From: Candidatus Woesearchaeota archaeon
GTDB lineage: Archaea; Nanobdellota; Nanobdellia; Woesearchaeales; JAZDKJ01
Length of the DNA: 41,856 nucleotides
Assembly: GCA_043803105.1 (NCBI GenBank)
Contig: JAZDKJ010000004.1
Coordinates: 1-41,856 of the forward strand
Direction: 5' to 3'
Shown here piece after piece: positions 17,074-26,858 of the stretch. Numbering within the stretch: the stretch's first letter is position 1; the number at the start of each line of letters is the position of its first letter. The notes under the pieces were generated by a model. That model saw nothing but the letters and a program-made list of their open reading frames with translations. It did no database searches and was not told the DNA's origin. A program made the translations under genes and the position numbers.

Positions 17074-18048
17074 GTGAAAAGAATCACAGTTCTTGCTGCA
17101 TTGATTTGTGCAATTCTTGCTCTAACAACAGGCTGTTCGACAACATTCTACAAGGCAACACAATCGCAAAACATGATGGGCACAACAGTGACAATAACCT
17201 TAGTGGACACTAACGCGAACAAGGCCAGGGCAGCCATAATAACAGCGTTCGACAGGATGAAGAAAATTGAAACGACCATGAGCATATACGATAATAAGAG
17301 CGAGATTACAAAACTAAACAGAAAAAAGAAGCTAACCGATGCATCAGAAGACCTTCTGACAGTCATTGAAGAATCACTAAAATACAGCAAAATGAGCGAC
17401 GGAGCATTTGACATAACTGTGCAGCCAATACTTGACCTTTTCACAAAAACCTACACGGAACTGAACAGACCGCCCACGGAGAAAGAGATTGAAACACAAA
17501 GAAATAGAATAGACTACAGGCAAGTGCAAGTTGAAAACAAGACAATAACAATAGGCAACATGACAATAATCACGCTCGGGGGAATTGCAAAGGGCTATGC
17601 AATCGACAAGGCAATCGAGAGCCTGCAGGAGAGAGGGATCAGCAGGGCGCTAGTCGACGCAGGAGGCAACCTAAGGGCGATAGGAAAGAAAACAGCAGAA
17701 GAGCCTTGGATTGTGGCACTGCAAAACCCCAGAAACAACAGTGACTACATAACCATGATCAAATTAGAGGACGAGTCTGTAGCAACATCAGGAGACTATG
17801 TTCGGTACTTTGACAAGAACAAGACAGCACACCACATAATAAACCCGAAAACAGGAACATCAGCAACAGACCTAATCAGCGCTACAGTCATCACAAAAAA
17901 AGCAATGGAGGCAGACGCACTCTCAACCACAGTATTTGTTCTAGGACCTGAGAAAGGGCTAAAATTAATAGAAAGCATGAACTGGACTTCAGCTTTGCTC
18001 ATAACAAGAGACAGAAAAATAATCAGGTCAAGCAGGTTCAAGTACTAA
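17074..18048 (+). CDS. apbE: FAD:protein FMN transferase (lipoprotein)
   Basis: Lipobox LTTGC, MMGTTVTI, GAFDITV, TLGGIAKGYAID, DAGGN, ATSGDY, HHIINPKTG, ADALST. Confidence 0.95.
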   Translation: MKRITVLAALICAILALTTGCSTTFYKATQSQNMMGTTVTITLVDTNANKARAAIITAFDRMKKIETTMSIYDNKSEITKLNRKKKLTDASEDLLTVIEESLKYSKMSDGAFDITVQPILDLFTKTYTELNRPPTEKEIETQRNRIDYRQVQVENKTITIGNMTIITLGGIAKGYAIDKAIESLQERGISRALVDAGGNLRAIGKKTAEEPWIVALQNPRNNSDYITMIKLEDESVATSGDYVRYFDKNKTAHHIINPKTGTSATDLISATVITKKAMEADALSTTVFVLGPEKGLKLIESMNWTSALLITRDRKIIRSSRFKY

Positions 18049-19093
18049 GCTTGTACCTCAGGATTGCAGCAATGCCACAGAGGCCTTGGAACCTTTTGCC
18101 AGCATCATGCTCAACAGAAATAATGCGCACAACACCCCGTAAATCCTCAACAAGCTTCATCAACTGCTCAAGCCTGGAAAAAGAACCAGACTCACGCATG
18201 GCCTTAATAAAAGAGTCAGAAACCAGCAAGGTCTTAACAGCACCAGCCTGTGCGCATGCAAGAACCTGATCAAAGCCATAAGATGCAGAACCTGACCTAG
18301 AAATCTCAAGGAAGAGCTCTTCAACCATTGCAGACTCCTGGGCGATTCGCTCAGAAACAAGTGCGCTCTGCACTTCAGGCCTTCGAAGCAGCTCAGAGAG
18401 GCCTGATTCTGTAACAGAAGAAGTGGTTGCCAGAATAAGTTTTGAGCGCAGGGCCTTGTCAACAATCAGCTTCTGCAGGTCCTCCTTCCAGAAAGAAGGG
18501 CTTGCAACAATAATCCTGGTGAAGCCGAACCTTGAATCGTAATCAACAAGCATCTTAACCAGCTCAGAAAAAAAAACCTTGTGCACTTTATCAGGAGAGT
18601 CCTTCTTCTGGACATCGCCCAGCAAATGTGAAAGGATCTCATAACCATGAGTCTTTAAGGCCGCAAAAAAAGCCTCTTCCCTGTCTAAGAGCAGAACAAG
18701 AACGTTAGTTGGCTTTGAGCGGTATGAATCCTTTAGCTTATCAAGCTGATAGGACAACCAATGCTCTTTAACAACAGTAAGCCTTGAATGCTCTTCAAGG
18801 TCAAGGGTGTGATACACACCCTTTGGAATGTCTTCAGGGGCTTCAACAATCTTTCCGGACAAACGAAGGCTGGAGTTCAACTCGACCTTCTCAACGCTGA
18901 TAGTCACAAACACAACCCTCTTCACTGCAGAGGTCTGGCGGTCATCAACAGAACCTACCTTGAGCTTGCGGACAGTCTTCGCACTAACAAGATCATTTGG
19001 CTCAATGAGCTGGCTCAAAACCCAGAGGTCATCATTATTTTCAACCTGAAGTTTTACCAACCCTTTCCTCAAATCAGCGTGCACCTGAATCAT
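18038..19093 (-). CDS. pelA: Pelota/Dom34 ribosome rescue factor
   Basis: ENNDDLWVLSQLI, LRLSGKI, GVYHTL, GAVKTLLVSD, EHDAGKRFQGLCGIAAILRY. Confidence 0.95.
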   Translation of the reverse strand: MIQVHADLRKGLVKLQVENNDDLWVLSQLIEPNDLVSAKTVRKLKVGSVDDRQTSAVKRVVFVTISVEKVELNSSLRLSGKIVEAPEDIPKGVYHTLDLEEHSRLTVVKEHWLSYQLDKLKDSYRSKPTNVLVLLLDREEAFFAALKTHGYEILSHLLGDVQKKDSPDKVHKVFFSELVKMLVDYDSRFGFTRIIVASPSFWKEDLQKLIVDKALRSKLILATTSSVTESGLSELLRRPEVQSALVSERIAQESAMVEELFLEISRSGSASYGFDQVLACAQAGAVKTLLVSDSFIKAMRESGSFSRLEQLMKLVEDLRGVVRIISVEHDAGKRFQGLCGIAAILRYKLST

Positions 19094-19150
19094 GGAAACA
19101 TTTATATATGGTTAATTATCAGGAAAAAATCAAAGGATATTAAAAACATT

Positions 19151-20809
19151 ATGAAAAAAGGGCAAGAAAAAGCAACTGCTGCAAGCCTGGTAGCAACAAT
19201 CGCAGGCCTGATAATCCTTTACATAATATTCCTACCTCCCCAGGACAGGGCAGAACTCTTGGGAGAGCAGCCGTCAAGCATCAGCGGAGGGGGCAGCCCT
19301 ACCACACATGAAACAACAAGAAATGATAGCATATTCTCTGCAAGCCCGGGAAAGATTTTCTACCAGAAACTCGATGAATTTGAATACGACCTTTCTGCAT
19401 TCACCCTGATGAAAACAACAGGGGCAAGCGTGATATCAACTGCAAACAACTTCAGGGTAAGGAATGGCTGGTTTGACAAGATTACAAAAAATGTAACATT
19501 CACAATCGCAGACGCAGAAAACACTGACAACGTAATGCTGTCGTTTGGAGCGCAGAGGCACACTGGAACACTCACAATCAAACTGAACGGAGCAGGAATA
19601 TATGATTTTGAGATCGACACACAATCGCCAAATCCGATAAGCCTGGATAAGACACTGCTAAAGAACGGCAAGAACACGCTGGAATTTTCGGTATCAGGAG
19701 TTGGACCAAGATTCTGGACAACGAACGAATACAGCCTGCATGACATCAAGATAGTTGGAGATGTGACAGACACGACCAGGCAGGAGAGCAAGAACACATT
19801 CTACATCTCGCCTGAAGAAAGCCAAAACCTTGAAAAGGCAGAGCTGAAATTCAATCCTGATTGCAGGCCAAGCCAGACAGGAATCCTGGATGTTCTACTC
19901 AACCAAAGAAGCATATTCTCAGGGATACCGGACTGCGGCACACTCAACAAATATACATTCTCACCAAGCCTCCTTAACATCGGAAAAAACTCAATCAATT
20001 TCAAGACCGGGGCTGGAAGCTACCTGGTAGACCAAATAAGCGTCAAGACCTTCCTAAAACAGCCAGTACAGCCAACATTCTACTTTGATTTGGATGAAAA
20101 CCTGTTCAACAAGGACAAAGAAAGCGTGGCCAGGTGCGGAGATGTTGACGGAATCTGCCCAAACGGCTGCGGAAAGGACCTTGACAAAGACTGCTGCTTC
20201 GAGGAATTCCCGACAGGATTCTTCTGCAAGACAAAAACAGAATACATAGGGGACAGGTGTGTGGGATTTGTGGACAAAGGAAGCTGCAACAGGTGCTCAT
20301 CAGGCTACAAGGATAAAAATGGCGAGGGTGCATCAGCATGCGAAGACCTTTGCGGAGATGACTCAGATGGTTCTTGCCCACACGGATGCCTCGCAAAATA
20401 TGACAAGGACTGCTGCTTTGAACTAAGTGAAGAGCAATTCTGGTGCAAAGACCTGCCAATAACCGGCGAGGATTTCATATGCATGAACGACCTTACAACC
20501 AGCACATGCCAGAACTGCGAGACAGGTTACGAGGCAGAGGGAACTGGATTTGACTGCAAGCCGATAACAGAAGAGAAAAAAACAGACTTAGAAAAGGGAA
20601 CAGACATAATACTAATTTTCAGATTCACGGAGTCGAGAGAAGACAAGGAAGCAGAGGTCTGGATAAACGGCAAACAGACAAGCTTTGCCACAAGGGAATC
20701 AAGCTACAGGAAAAACATAAACGAGTTTGTAGAGCCAGGGACAAACTCAATATTGATAAAACCGAAAACAGATCTTGACATAAGGGAACTACAGGTAAAG
20801 TTTGACTGA
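19151..20809 (+). CDS. Surface protein with class III (pilin-type)-like N-terminus, beta-sandwich domains and duplicated Cys-rich module
   Basis: Start moved to MKKGQ (19151); the track extension is antisense to pelA. MKKG|Q..hydrophobic helix LVATIAGLIILYIIFLPP; repeated 'GxNxxxF' beta motifs (NGKNTLEF, IGKNSINF, PGTNSILI). Confidence 0.8.
   Translation: MKKGQEKATAASLVATIAGLIILYIIFLPPQDRAELLGEQPSSISGGGSPTTHETTRNDSIFSASPGKIFYQKLDEFEYDLSAFTLMKTTGASVISTANNFRVRNGWFDKITKNVTFTIADAENTDNVMLSFGAQRHTGTLTIKLNGAGIYDFEIDTQSPNPISLDKTLLKNGKNTLEFSVSGVGPRFWTTNEYSLHDIKIVGDVTDTTRQESKNTFYISPEESQNLEKAELKFNPDCRPSQTGILDVLLNQRSIFSGIPDCGTLNKYTFSPSLLNIGKNSINFKTGAGSYLVDQISVKTFLKQPVQPTFYFDLDENLFNKDKESVARCGDVDGICPNGCGKDLDKDCCFEEFPTGFFCKTKTEYIGDRCVGFVDKGSCNRCSSGYKDKNGEGASACEDLCGDDSDGSCPHGCLAKYDKDCCFELSEEQFWCKDLPITGEDFICMNDLTTSTCQNCETGYEAEGTGFDCKPITEEKKTDLEKGTDIILIFRFTESREDKEAEVWINGKQTSFATRESSYRKNINEFVEPGTNSILIKPKTDLDIRELQVKFD
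20135..20563 (+). repeat. Two ~70-aa Cys-rich protein repeats
   Basis: CGDVDGICPNGCGKDLDKDCCFE..FFCK..C..C..CSSGY vs CGDDSDGSCPHGCLAKYDKDCCFE..FWCK..C..C..CETGY. Confidence 0.85.
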
Positions 20810-20829
20810 AGCCTTCTTTGCCAGCAGAA

Positions 20830-22959
20830 ATGAGCTTTAAGAGCAGAGTTGTGGATATTCTAAAGAAAAGCCCCAAGTACACTTTAGGGTCGCCTTACTA
20901 TGCTGGCAAGGCAGTAGCAAGAGGGAGTTTTGGACCTTTATTTCTTGCAGCACTATTGGTGCATGCAATTGATGCATATTACCTTCAATTCAGCCAAGGC
21001 GCAGCAGGAGTAAGGGTTGCAATGTGGTTTGTGGTCTTCTTGCTAGGCTGGTTCACATTAAAGGACTATGGAGTGGACTTCCAGACTATGGGAATCGCAG
21101 CTGCACTTTCAGCATTCAGCTTAATGATGCCATACCTCAAGGCATGGATTGACCTGATGCCAATAACATTCAAGATAGGCAACTTCCTTGTCTTATTCGC
21201 ACCAGTATGGCTCATGTATCTATTATATTTCTGCCCGCAGTCACCTCATTGGGTGCAGGTTATAGGAAAATGGTATCTTATAGCGTGGATGATAATAGGG
21301 ATGATGTATGGGTTCCAGACAGGATGGTTCCAGCAGCTAGAAACACTAAAGACAGGGTACATAGATGTATGGCAACCATTGGTTTCTGTCTACAACCTGG
21401 TGGTTCAATCGGTCAAGAATGCCTGGGAAACAATATGGGAATTATCAAAAAAAATCAACGAGACAAAATCAAGCTATATGAACTACGCTACTGGGGGGGA
21501 CCTATACACTGGAAAGGTAGACCAGAATGCAAAGGAAAAACTAGGGGTGTACTTAGAGGATGTCAAACTGTCCCAGGCAAATTTCTTCAAGGATGAGCCA
21601 GTCAACCTTTGGGCAACAATCGTTGCAAAGACATTTGATAAATCAATAATAGTCAATGCAAACTGCATAGCAGACAAGGGAACAAAGCAGCAACGCAGGG
21701 CAGACAGGGTAATACCTGGCACAGGATACGAGGTGTTGATGACTGACGAGACTGACCTGGACTGCTCATTTGACCCAAACAGCCTGCAGCTCGGCAGCCA
21801 TAGGATATCAATAATAGCAAATTTTACATTCCAGACACTTGCTTACCAAAAGGTGTACCTCGTTGACAAGACAAGAGCGCTTGCACTCGCAAAAGACAAC
21901 ATAGACGTACTTGACTATTACAAGATCACTGACAAAAGGCCAACAGCAGTATATACAAACGGGCCAGTAATGATAGGCATGGACGTAAAGGGGCTGCCAA
22001 TAAAGCTCGGGAACGAAGGCAATGACCTGTTTGTGCTGGGCATTACAATCAAGAACCAATGGCAAGGCAGGATAGTGAACATCACAAGGCTTGAACTGAG
22101 GATGCCATCTTTCAGCGAACCAGAAAAGTTAACATGCGGAGGATATAAGTTCATACCGATAGACAAGGGCGTATACTTGCTGCAAAATACGATGGGGGAG
22201 ATAAAGGACTATCGCACACTAAGGTGCCCGATACGGATAACCAGCCAGACAGACGCACTTGGCAACACCCCAATATCAATACAGTACTATAAGGTCAACG
22301 CAGACTACATATACGAACTGGAGAAGAGCGTCACAGTAAGCGTGCAGGAAACAGACGCAGACAAGAGACTCGCAGAAGAGACAAAAAAGACAGCACCCCA
22401 AATAAAAGGGCTAAATGACATAATGATGCAGCAAAGCAGCTCTTACAATCCAATCAACCTGCTTGACTATGCATCAGACAAAGAAACCCCTAAAGAGCAG
22501 CTCAGCTTCAGGATAGTATCTCAATCAAGGCCTGAGGTAGCAGAATGTGTATTAAGCGGAAGCGCAACTCTCTTATGCAGTGCAAAAAACACAGTTGGTT
22601 TTACTGAGGTAGTAGTTGAGGTCAATGACAAGGCAAGAACAAACACAACAAAACTCAGGATAACTGTGGGCAGTGAACAAAGCAGCACAACAATAACACC
22701 GGGCACAAGCAGCACACCCGCATCATGCCAACAGAGAGAAAACGAACTGACAGGCTGTGGCGGCTTAGACAACAGTGCAATGATCAAAAGCACAGGAGAA
22801 TGCGTAAGCAAATGCGAGTATTACAGGGGATGCTTTGGCATAGGAACTGATTGGGGGTGTTACTGCAGCCAGGCAGAATGCGCTGCAAACCCCCTACTGT
22901 GCAAAACCCAATATTGCCCAGATGACAGATACTGTTGTGCAGTACAGGCGATGATATGA
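20830..22959 (+). CDS. Multi-TM surface protein with the shared lipoprotein-family domain, a cadherin/Ig-like domain and Cys-rich tip
   Basis: ~5 N-terminal TMs; ANFTFQT, NGPVMI, ITIKNQWQG, LRC, ADYIY echo the downstream paralogs; PQIKGLND..INLLDYASDKETP..LSF Ig-like; S/T linker; Cys-rich C-terminus. Confidence 0.8.
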   Translation: MSFKSRVVDILKKSPKYTLGSPYYAGKAVARGSFGPLFLAALLVHAIDAYYLQFSQGAAGVRVAMWFVVFLLGWFTLKDYGVDFQTMGIAAALSAFSLMMPYLKAWIDLMPITFKIGNFLVLFAPVWLMYLLYFCPQSPHWVQVIGKWYLIAWMIIGMMYGFQTGWFQQLETLKTGYIDVWQPLVSVYNLVVQSVKNAWETIWELSKKINETKSSYMNYATGGDLYTGKVDQNAKEKLGVYLEDVKLSQANFFKDEPVNLWATIVAKTFDKSIIVNANCIADKGTKQQRRADRVIPGTGYEVLMTDETDLDCSFDPNSLQLGSHRISIIANFTFQTLAYQKVYLVDKTRALALAKDNIDVLDYYKITDKRPTAVYTNGPVMIGMDVKGLPIKLGNEGNDLFVLGITIKNQWQGRIVNITRLELRMPSFSEPEKLTCGGYKFIPIDKGVYLLQNTMGEIKDYRTLRCPIRITSQTDALGNTPISIQYYKVNADYIYELEKSVTVSVQETDADKRLAEETKKTAPQIKGLNDIMMQQSSSYNPINLLDYASDKETPKEQLSFRIVSQSRPEVAECVLSGSATLLCSAKNTVGFTEVVVEVNDKARTNTTKLRITVGSEQSSTTITPGTSSTPASCQQRENELTGCGGLDNSAMIKSTGECVSKCEYYRGCFGIGTDWGCYCSQAECAANPLLCKTQYCPDDRYCCAVQAMI

Positions 22960-23894
22960 AAAACATCTATGTAATGATTTTTTTGATGCTCATCCTGATT
23001 ACAGGCTGCGCTGGAACAACCTCGAGAAAAATCGTGGAAACAAATGTCAAGGAAGGGACGAAAGGCATAGAGATGAGTTTTTTCGATGGAACACCGCCAA
23101 ACACAGTATTTGAGGCAAGCGACTTCCTTATTTCTGCACAAATATCAAACCAAGGGGCAACAGACGTCACGGCAGGCTACCTAACAATAAGCACTGAAAA
23201 AGAATATATGGGGCTGATAGACTGGAAGAGCAGTATCATAAGCTCAAGCACGCCTGAGAACGCAATGTTTGCAATCCAAGGCAAGTCACAATCAAATCCG
23301 GCAGGGGACAGCAGCGTAATCACAATCAGAGCCAAAACCCTAACCATTGACCCTCAAAGCGAAACACACACAAGCACAATTGTTATGACAGCATGCTATC
23401 CATACAAGACAACCTTCTCAACTGATGTCTGCGTTGACCCAGACATGTACACAATGAAGGCAGAGAGAAAAGCCTGCGTTGTGAAACTGATTGGGCTATC
23501 AAGCCAGGGAGGGCCGGTCGCTGTAACCAGGATAGAGCCACAGATGCTCATCGGAGATGATGGACTGGTAAGGCCCCAATTCACATTATACCTGAGAAAT
23601 GAGGGCAATGGAGCAGTGTTTGACATAAACAGCATGGAAACAGTATGCTCAAGCGCATCACTAAGAAAAGAGGATGTGAATTTTGTACAGGTAAAAGCAA
23701 AACTCTCAGACAAGACCCTAACATGCAAGCCGACAAGCATACACTTGAAGGATACAGATAACATGGTAAGATGCTCGTCAGAAAACGGTTATACTGGAGG
23801 AAGCAACAGTTTTGTGGCACCGCTGGTTGTTGAGATCAGCTATGGATACTCTTTCTCGATAACAAAGGAGATAATCATAAGAAGGGTCAAATAG
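22956..23894 (+). CDS. Putative lipoprotein, paralog 1
   Basis: Start MKNIYV (ATGA overlap); lipobox ITGC; GTKGIEMSF..PP, ACYPYKT, CVDPD, SQGGPVAV, LRNEGNG, PLVVEISYGY. Confidence 0.85.
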   Translation: MKNIYVMIFLMLILITGCAGTTSRKIVETNVKEGTKGIEMSFFDGTPPNTVFEASDFLISAQISNQGATDVTAGYLTISTEKEYMGLIDWKSSIISSSTPENAMFAIQGKSQSNPAGDSSVITIRAKTLTIDPQSETHTSTIVMTACYPYKTTFSTDVCVDPDMYTMKAERKACVVKLIGLSSQGGPVAVTRIEPQMLIGDDGLVRPQFTLYLRNEGNGAVFDINSMETVCSSASLRKEDVNFVQVKAKLSDKTLTCKPTSIHLKDTDNMVRCSSENGYTGGSNSFVAPLVVEISYGYSFSITKEIIIRRVK

Positions 23895-23957
23895 AAACAT
23901 TTAAATAATAAAGTCATGACAAAAGCATCATCAGTGCGCATTGATGAGTGAATAAAG

Positions 23958-24908
23958 ATGAACAAACAGTCCATATACTTTCTTCTCGCAATAGCGTGCC
24001 TACTGCCACTAAGCTCTTGCACTGCGGGCAGAAGCCAGGCAATCAACGCAGGAGACGAAAACTTCAGGACAGGAACCCAAGGGCTACAGTTGAGATTCCT
24101 TCCTTACAGCCCACCTGACAAGATTTTTGATAACGAGGAGCTACACGCTAGAATCGAGGTCTTCAACAAGGGAGCAGAGGACATAACAGGCTCAAACAAC
24201 AGGCTTTACCTGAGCGGATTTGACACAACAATCATCACAGGAATACCTACGATGGGATTCCAGATACCCGACCTTCAAGGCAAGAAATTCTTCAACCCGG
24301 AAGGAGAATTTGACAACGTGGATATCACAGGATTTGTACGAGACCTAAAATCAAGGAACATTGACTTCTACAACACAATACTCATGGCAACCGCATGCTA
24401 CAAATATAAGACGATCGCTGACCCGAGCGCTTGCGTGGACCCTGACCCTTTCTCAACATCAGTCCAGGACAAGGTATGCGACTTCAACAGCCAGCCTGCA
24501 TTAGGAAGCCAAGGCGCTCCAGTCATTATTGATTCTGTACAGGTTGAGGCGATGAACGGAAAGGCGAGGTTCAAGATCAGCGCGAGGAACGCAGGCGGAG
24601 GAGACGTACTAAAGGACGGAGCTGACATTTTGGACAGATGCAACCCGTACGACCCTAAAGGACTAGACATCAGAGACCTTGACTATGTACATGTGGACGA
24701 AGTGGTATTGGGAGACACATCAATACTCGGGAACTGCAGGCCGCTAGAAAATGGATACTTAAGGCTTAGGACAAGCGGCTCTGGCGCAATGATATGCGAG
24801 GTAGATGGATTAAGTGGGCCAGCATACCTGACGCCGCTAAGAATAACAGTCTCGTACAATTACAGAAGCATAATCACACAAAACCTAAGAATACTACAAG
24901 CAAATTAA
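23958..24908 (+). CDS. Putative lipoprotein, paralog 2
   Basis: Lipobox LSSC; GTQGLQLRF..PP, ACYKYKT, CVDPD, SQGAPVII, ARNAGGG, PLRITVSYNY; TATA ACATTTAAATA at ~23897. Confidence 0.85.
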   Translation: MNKQSIYFLLAIACLLPLSSCTAGRSQAINAGDENFRTGTQGLQLRFLPYSPPDKIFDNEELHARIEVFNKGAEDITGSNNRLYLSGFDTTIITGIPTMGFQIPDLQGKKFFNPEGEFDNVDITGFVRDLKSRNIDFYNTILMATACYKYKTIADPSACVDPDPFSTSVQDKVCDFNSQPALGSQGAPVIIDSVQVEAMNGKARFKISARNAGGGDVLKDGADILDRCNPYDPKGLDIRDLDYVHVDEVVLGDTSILGNCRPLENGYLRLRTSGSGAMICEVDGLSGPAYLTPLRITVSYNYRSIITQNLRILQAN

Positions 24909-24924
24909 AAGGGAGGTCACAGAA

Positions 24925-25860
24925 ATGAAAAACATAGTGTACGCAATTGCAGTCATCCTTGTTCTTGCAGGGTGCACAACACAACAAGCAAACCCGCCAA
25001 AGGCACAGCCATTTGTTGGCGGGATAGAAGGAGTAAATGTTGCATTCTCGGCAGACTCGCCGCCACAAGAGGTCGATGATGGAGGACAGTTCCCATTTGA
25101 TGTAGTGGTAGAACTAAGAAACAAGGGAGAACATACAATACCTAAAGAAGAAATGACTGTCAAGATTATGGGAGTAAGACCAGAAGAGTTCGGAAAAACA
25201 GAATCAGAACTTACAAAGCATCCAGATGATGAGGTTATTGCAACCATCAAAGACCCAGAAGGGTTTGTGACAGAAGGGCCGCCAGTATTTGTCACCTTCT
25301 CAAACTTCAACCACGAGGAGCACCTTGTGGGAAACAAGGACTTCATATTCAGAGTAGAGGCATGCTACAAGTACCAAACAACAGCGATGGCACAATTGTG
25401 CGTGAGAAAGAATAACATAGACCCTGAAAAGAACGGAGTGTGCGAACCAACAGGCGACAAGATAATACAAAATTCTGGAGGACCAGTGCAAGTGACAGAC
25501 TTCAAGGAATTTGGAAGGGCAAAAAACAAAGTAGGCTTCCAGTTCACGATAGAACACAAGGGCACCGGCAACATATTCCAGAAAGGAAGCGACTGCGCAG
25601 TCGAAAGAAAATATGAAAACAGAATCTTTGTCAAAGTCAAGACAGATATCAACTCAGGAATGACGTGCTCAGGGCTTGACGAGGGCGATGCCACAAGCGG
25701 ATATATAAAGCTCTTTGGCGTGAGCAGGATAGTTTCCTGCACACAAGAAGTAACCAGCAACAGCGACTATGAAACACCAGTAATTGTGGACCTTACATAC
25801 GATTACAGAAACGATGCACAAACGGTCGTACTTGTCAAACACATACCTGAAGAGGACTAA
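24925..25860 (+). CDS. Putative lipoprotein, paralog 3
   Basis: SD GGGAGGT; lipobox LAGC; GIEGVNVAF..PP, ACYKYQT, NSGGPVQV, IEHKGTG, PVIVDLTYDY. Confidence 0.85.
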   Translation: MKNIVYAIAVILVLAGCTTQQANPPKAQPFVGGIEGVNVAFSADSPPQEVDDGGQFPFDVVVELRNKGEHTIPKEEMTVKIMGVRPEEFGKTESELTKHPDDEVIATIKDPEGFVTEGPPVFVTFSNFNHEEHLVGNKDFIFRVEACYKYQTTAMAQLCVRKNNIDPEKNGVCEPTGDKIIQNSGGPVQVTDFKEFGRAKNKVGFQFTIEHKGTGNIFQKGSDCAVERKYENRIFVKVKTDINSGMTCSGLDEGDATSGYIKLFGVSRIVSCTQEVTSNSDYETPVIVDLTYDYRNDAQTVVLVKHIPEED

Positions 25861-25872
25861 TTCTTTTTTTTT
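25861..25872 (+). terminator. Oligo-T archaeal terminator
   Basis: TTCTTTTTTTTT directly after the stop, between convergent genes. Confidence 0.6.
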
Positions 25873-25877
25873 ATTAT

Positions 25878-26834
25878 TTATTGAGAACCAACCAAAGAAA
25901 CATAGGCAAGATAGGCCTCAAGCTGGAGAAACTCATCAGAGCCTTCAACGATATGGAACTCGGCATCAGCGCACTTCTCTACAAGCATTAGCTTTTTTTT
26001 GTCAGCAATGTCAAGGCTCCAGACAGACTTCTGTATCTGCTTAATAACATCAATGCCTGAAAGCCCGTAATTCAACATCACCTCAAGAAGAAGGTTCCTT
26101 GACTCGATGAACTTGCCAGAAATCGCGAGCTCGAGAAACTTCTTGACCTCAGCAGGCTGAGCTACTGATGCCAGAGAGTATATTGTCTCTGATTTCACAT
26201 GAGAATTAAGGGCGGCAGCGCTCTGCAGAACATTTTCCATCCTGCGACAATCGCCCTGGCAAACTTCATAGAGAGCGTCTCTTGCAGCCTCATCAATCTT
26301 CAGGTCTTCGGTCTTCACTATCCTGTCAACAATCTTAAAGAGCTCCTTTTTCTCCAAGGGCTTGAAGCGAAAGACCGCACACCTGCTCTGGATAGGATCG
26401 ATGATCTTTGAAGAATAGTTGCAGCTTAAGATGAAGCGGCAGGTCTGGGTATAATTCTCCATGGTCCTGCGAAGAGCCTGCTGAGCCTCCTTGGTCAGGG
26501 CATCTGACTCATCGAGATAAATAATCTTGAATGGAAAATCGCCAATAGAACGGGTTCTGGCAAAATCCTTGACCTTCACACGAACAACATCAATGCCTCG
26601 CTCATCAGAGGCGTTTAACTCAAGAAAATTCTCTTTCCAGCGATCCTTGAAAAGCTGCCTTCCGATGATAAGCGAAAGTGTAGTCTTGCCAACACCTGCA
26701 GGACCTGCAAAGAGCAAATGAGGCATGTTGCCTTGCTCAACAAAGGCCTTAATCTTCTCGACAATCTCCTTTTGTCCTTTGAACTCAGAGAAGTCCTGCG
26801 GTCTGTATTTCTCAGTCCAGATAGTGCTAACCAT
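25878..26834 (-). CDS. rfcS: Replication factor C small subunit
   Basis: WTEKYRP, PHLLFAGPAGVGKTT, LELNASDERGID, LDESD, AQQALRRTME, IQSRC; no intein. Confidence 0.97.
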   Translation of the reverse strand: MVSTIWTEKYRPQDFSEFKGQKEIVEKIKAFVEQGNMPHLLFAGPAGVGKTTLSLIIGRQLFKDRWKENFLELNASDERGIDVVRVKVKDFARTRSIGDFPFKIIYLDESDALTKEAQQALRRTMENYTQTCRFILSCNYSSKIIDPIQSRCAVFRFKPLEKKELFKIVDRIVKTEDLKIDEAARDALYEVCQGDCRRMENVLQSAAALNSHVKSETIYSLASVAQPAEVKKFLELAISGKFIESRNLLLEVMLNYGLSGIDVIKQIQKSVWSLDIADKKKLMLVEKCADAEFHIVEGSDEFLQLEAYLAYVSLVGSQ

Positions 26835-26858
26835 GCGTTGTGGTAATAGAAGCCTAAT

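Noticed and set aside
18788-19150. 121-aa extension of the 673-aa ORF
   Set aside because: Antisense to pelA; the signal-like MKKGQ marks the real start at 19151.
25878-26834. Intein in RFC-S, a common insertion host
   Set aside because: Length (318 aa) and motifs are continuous.
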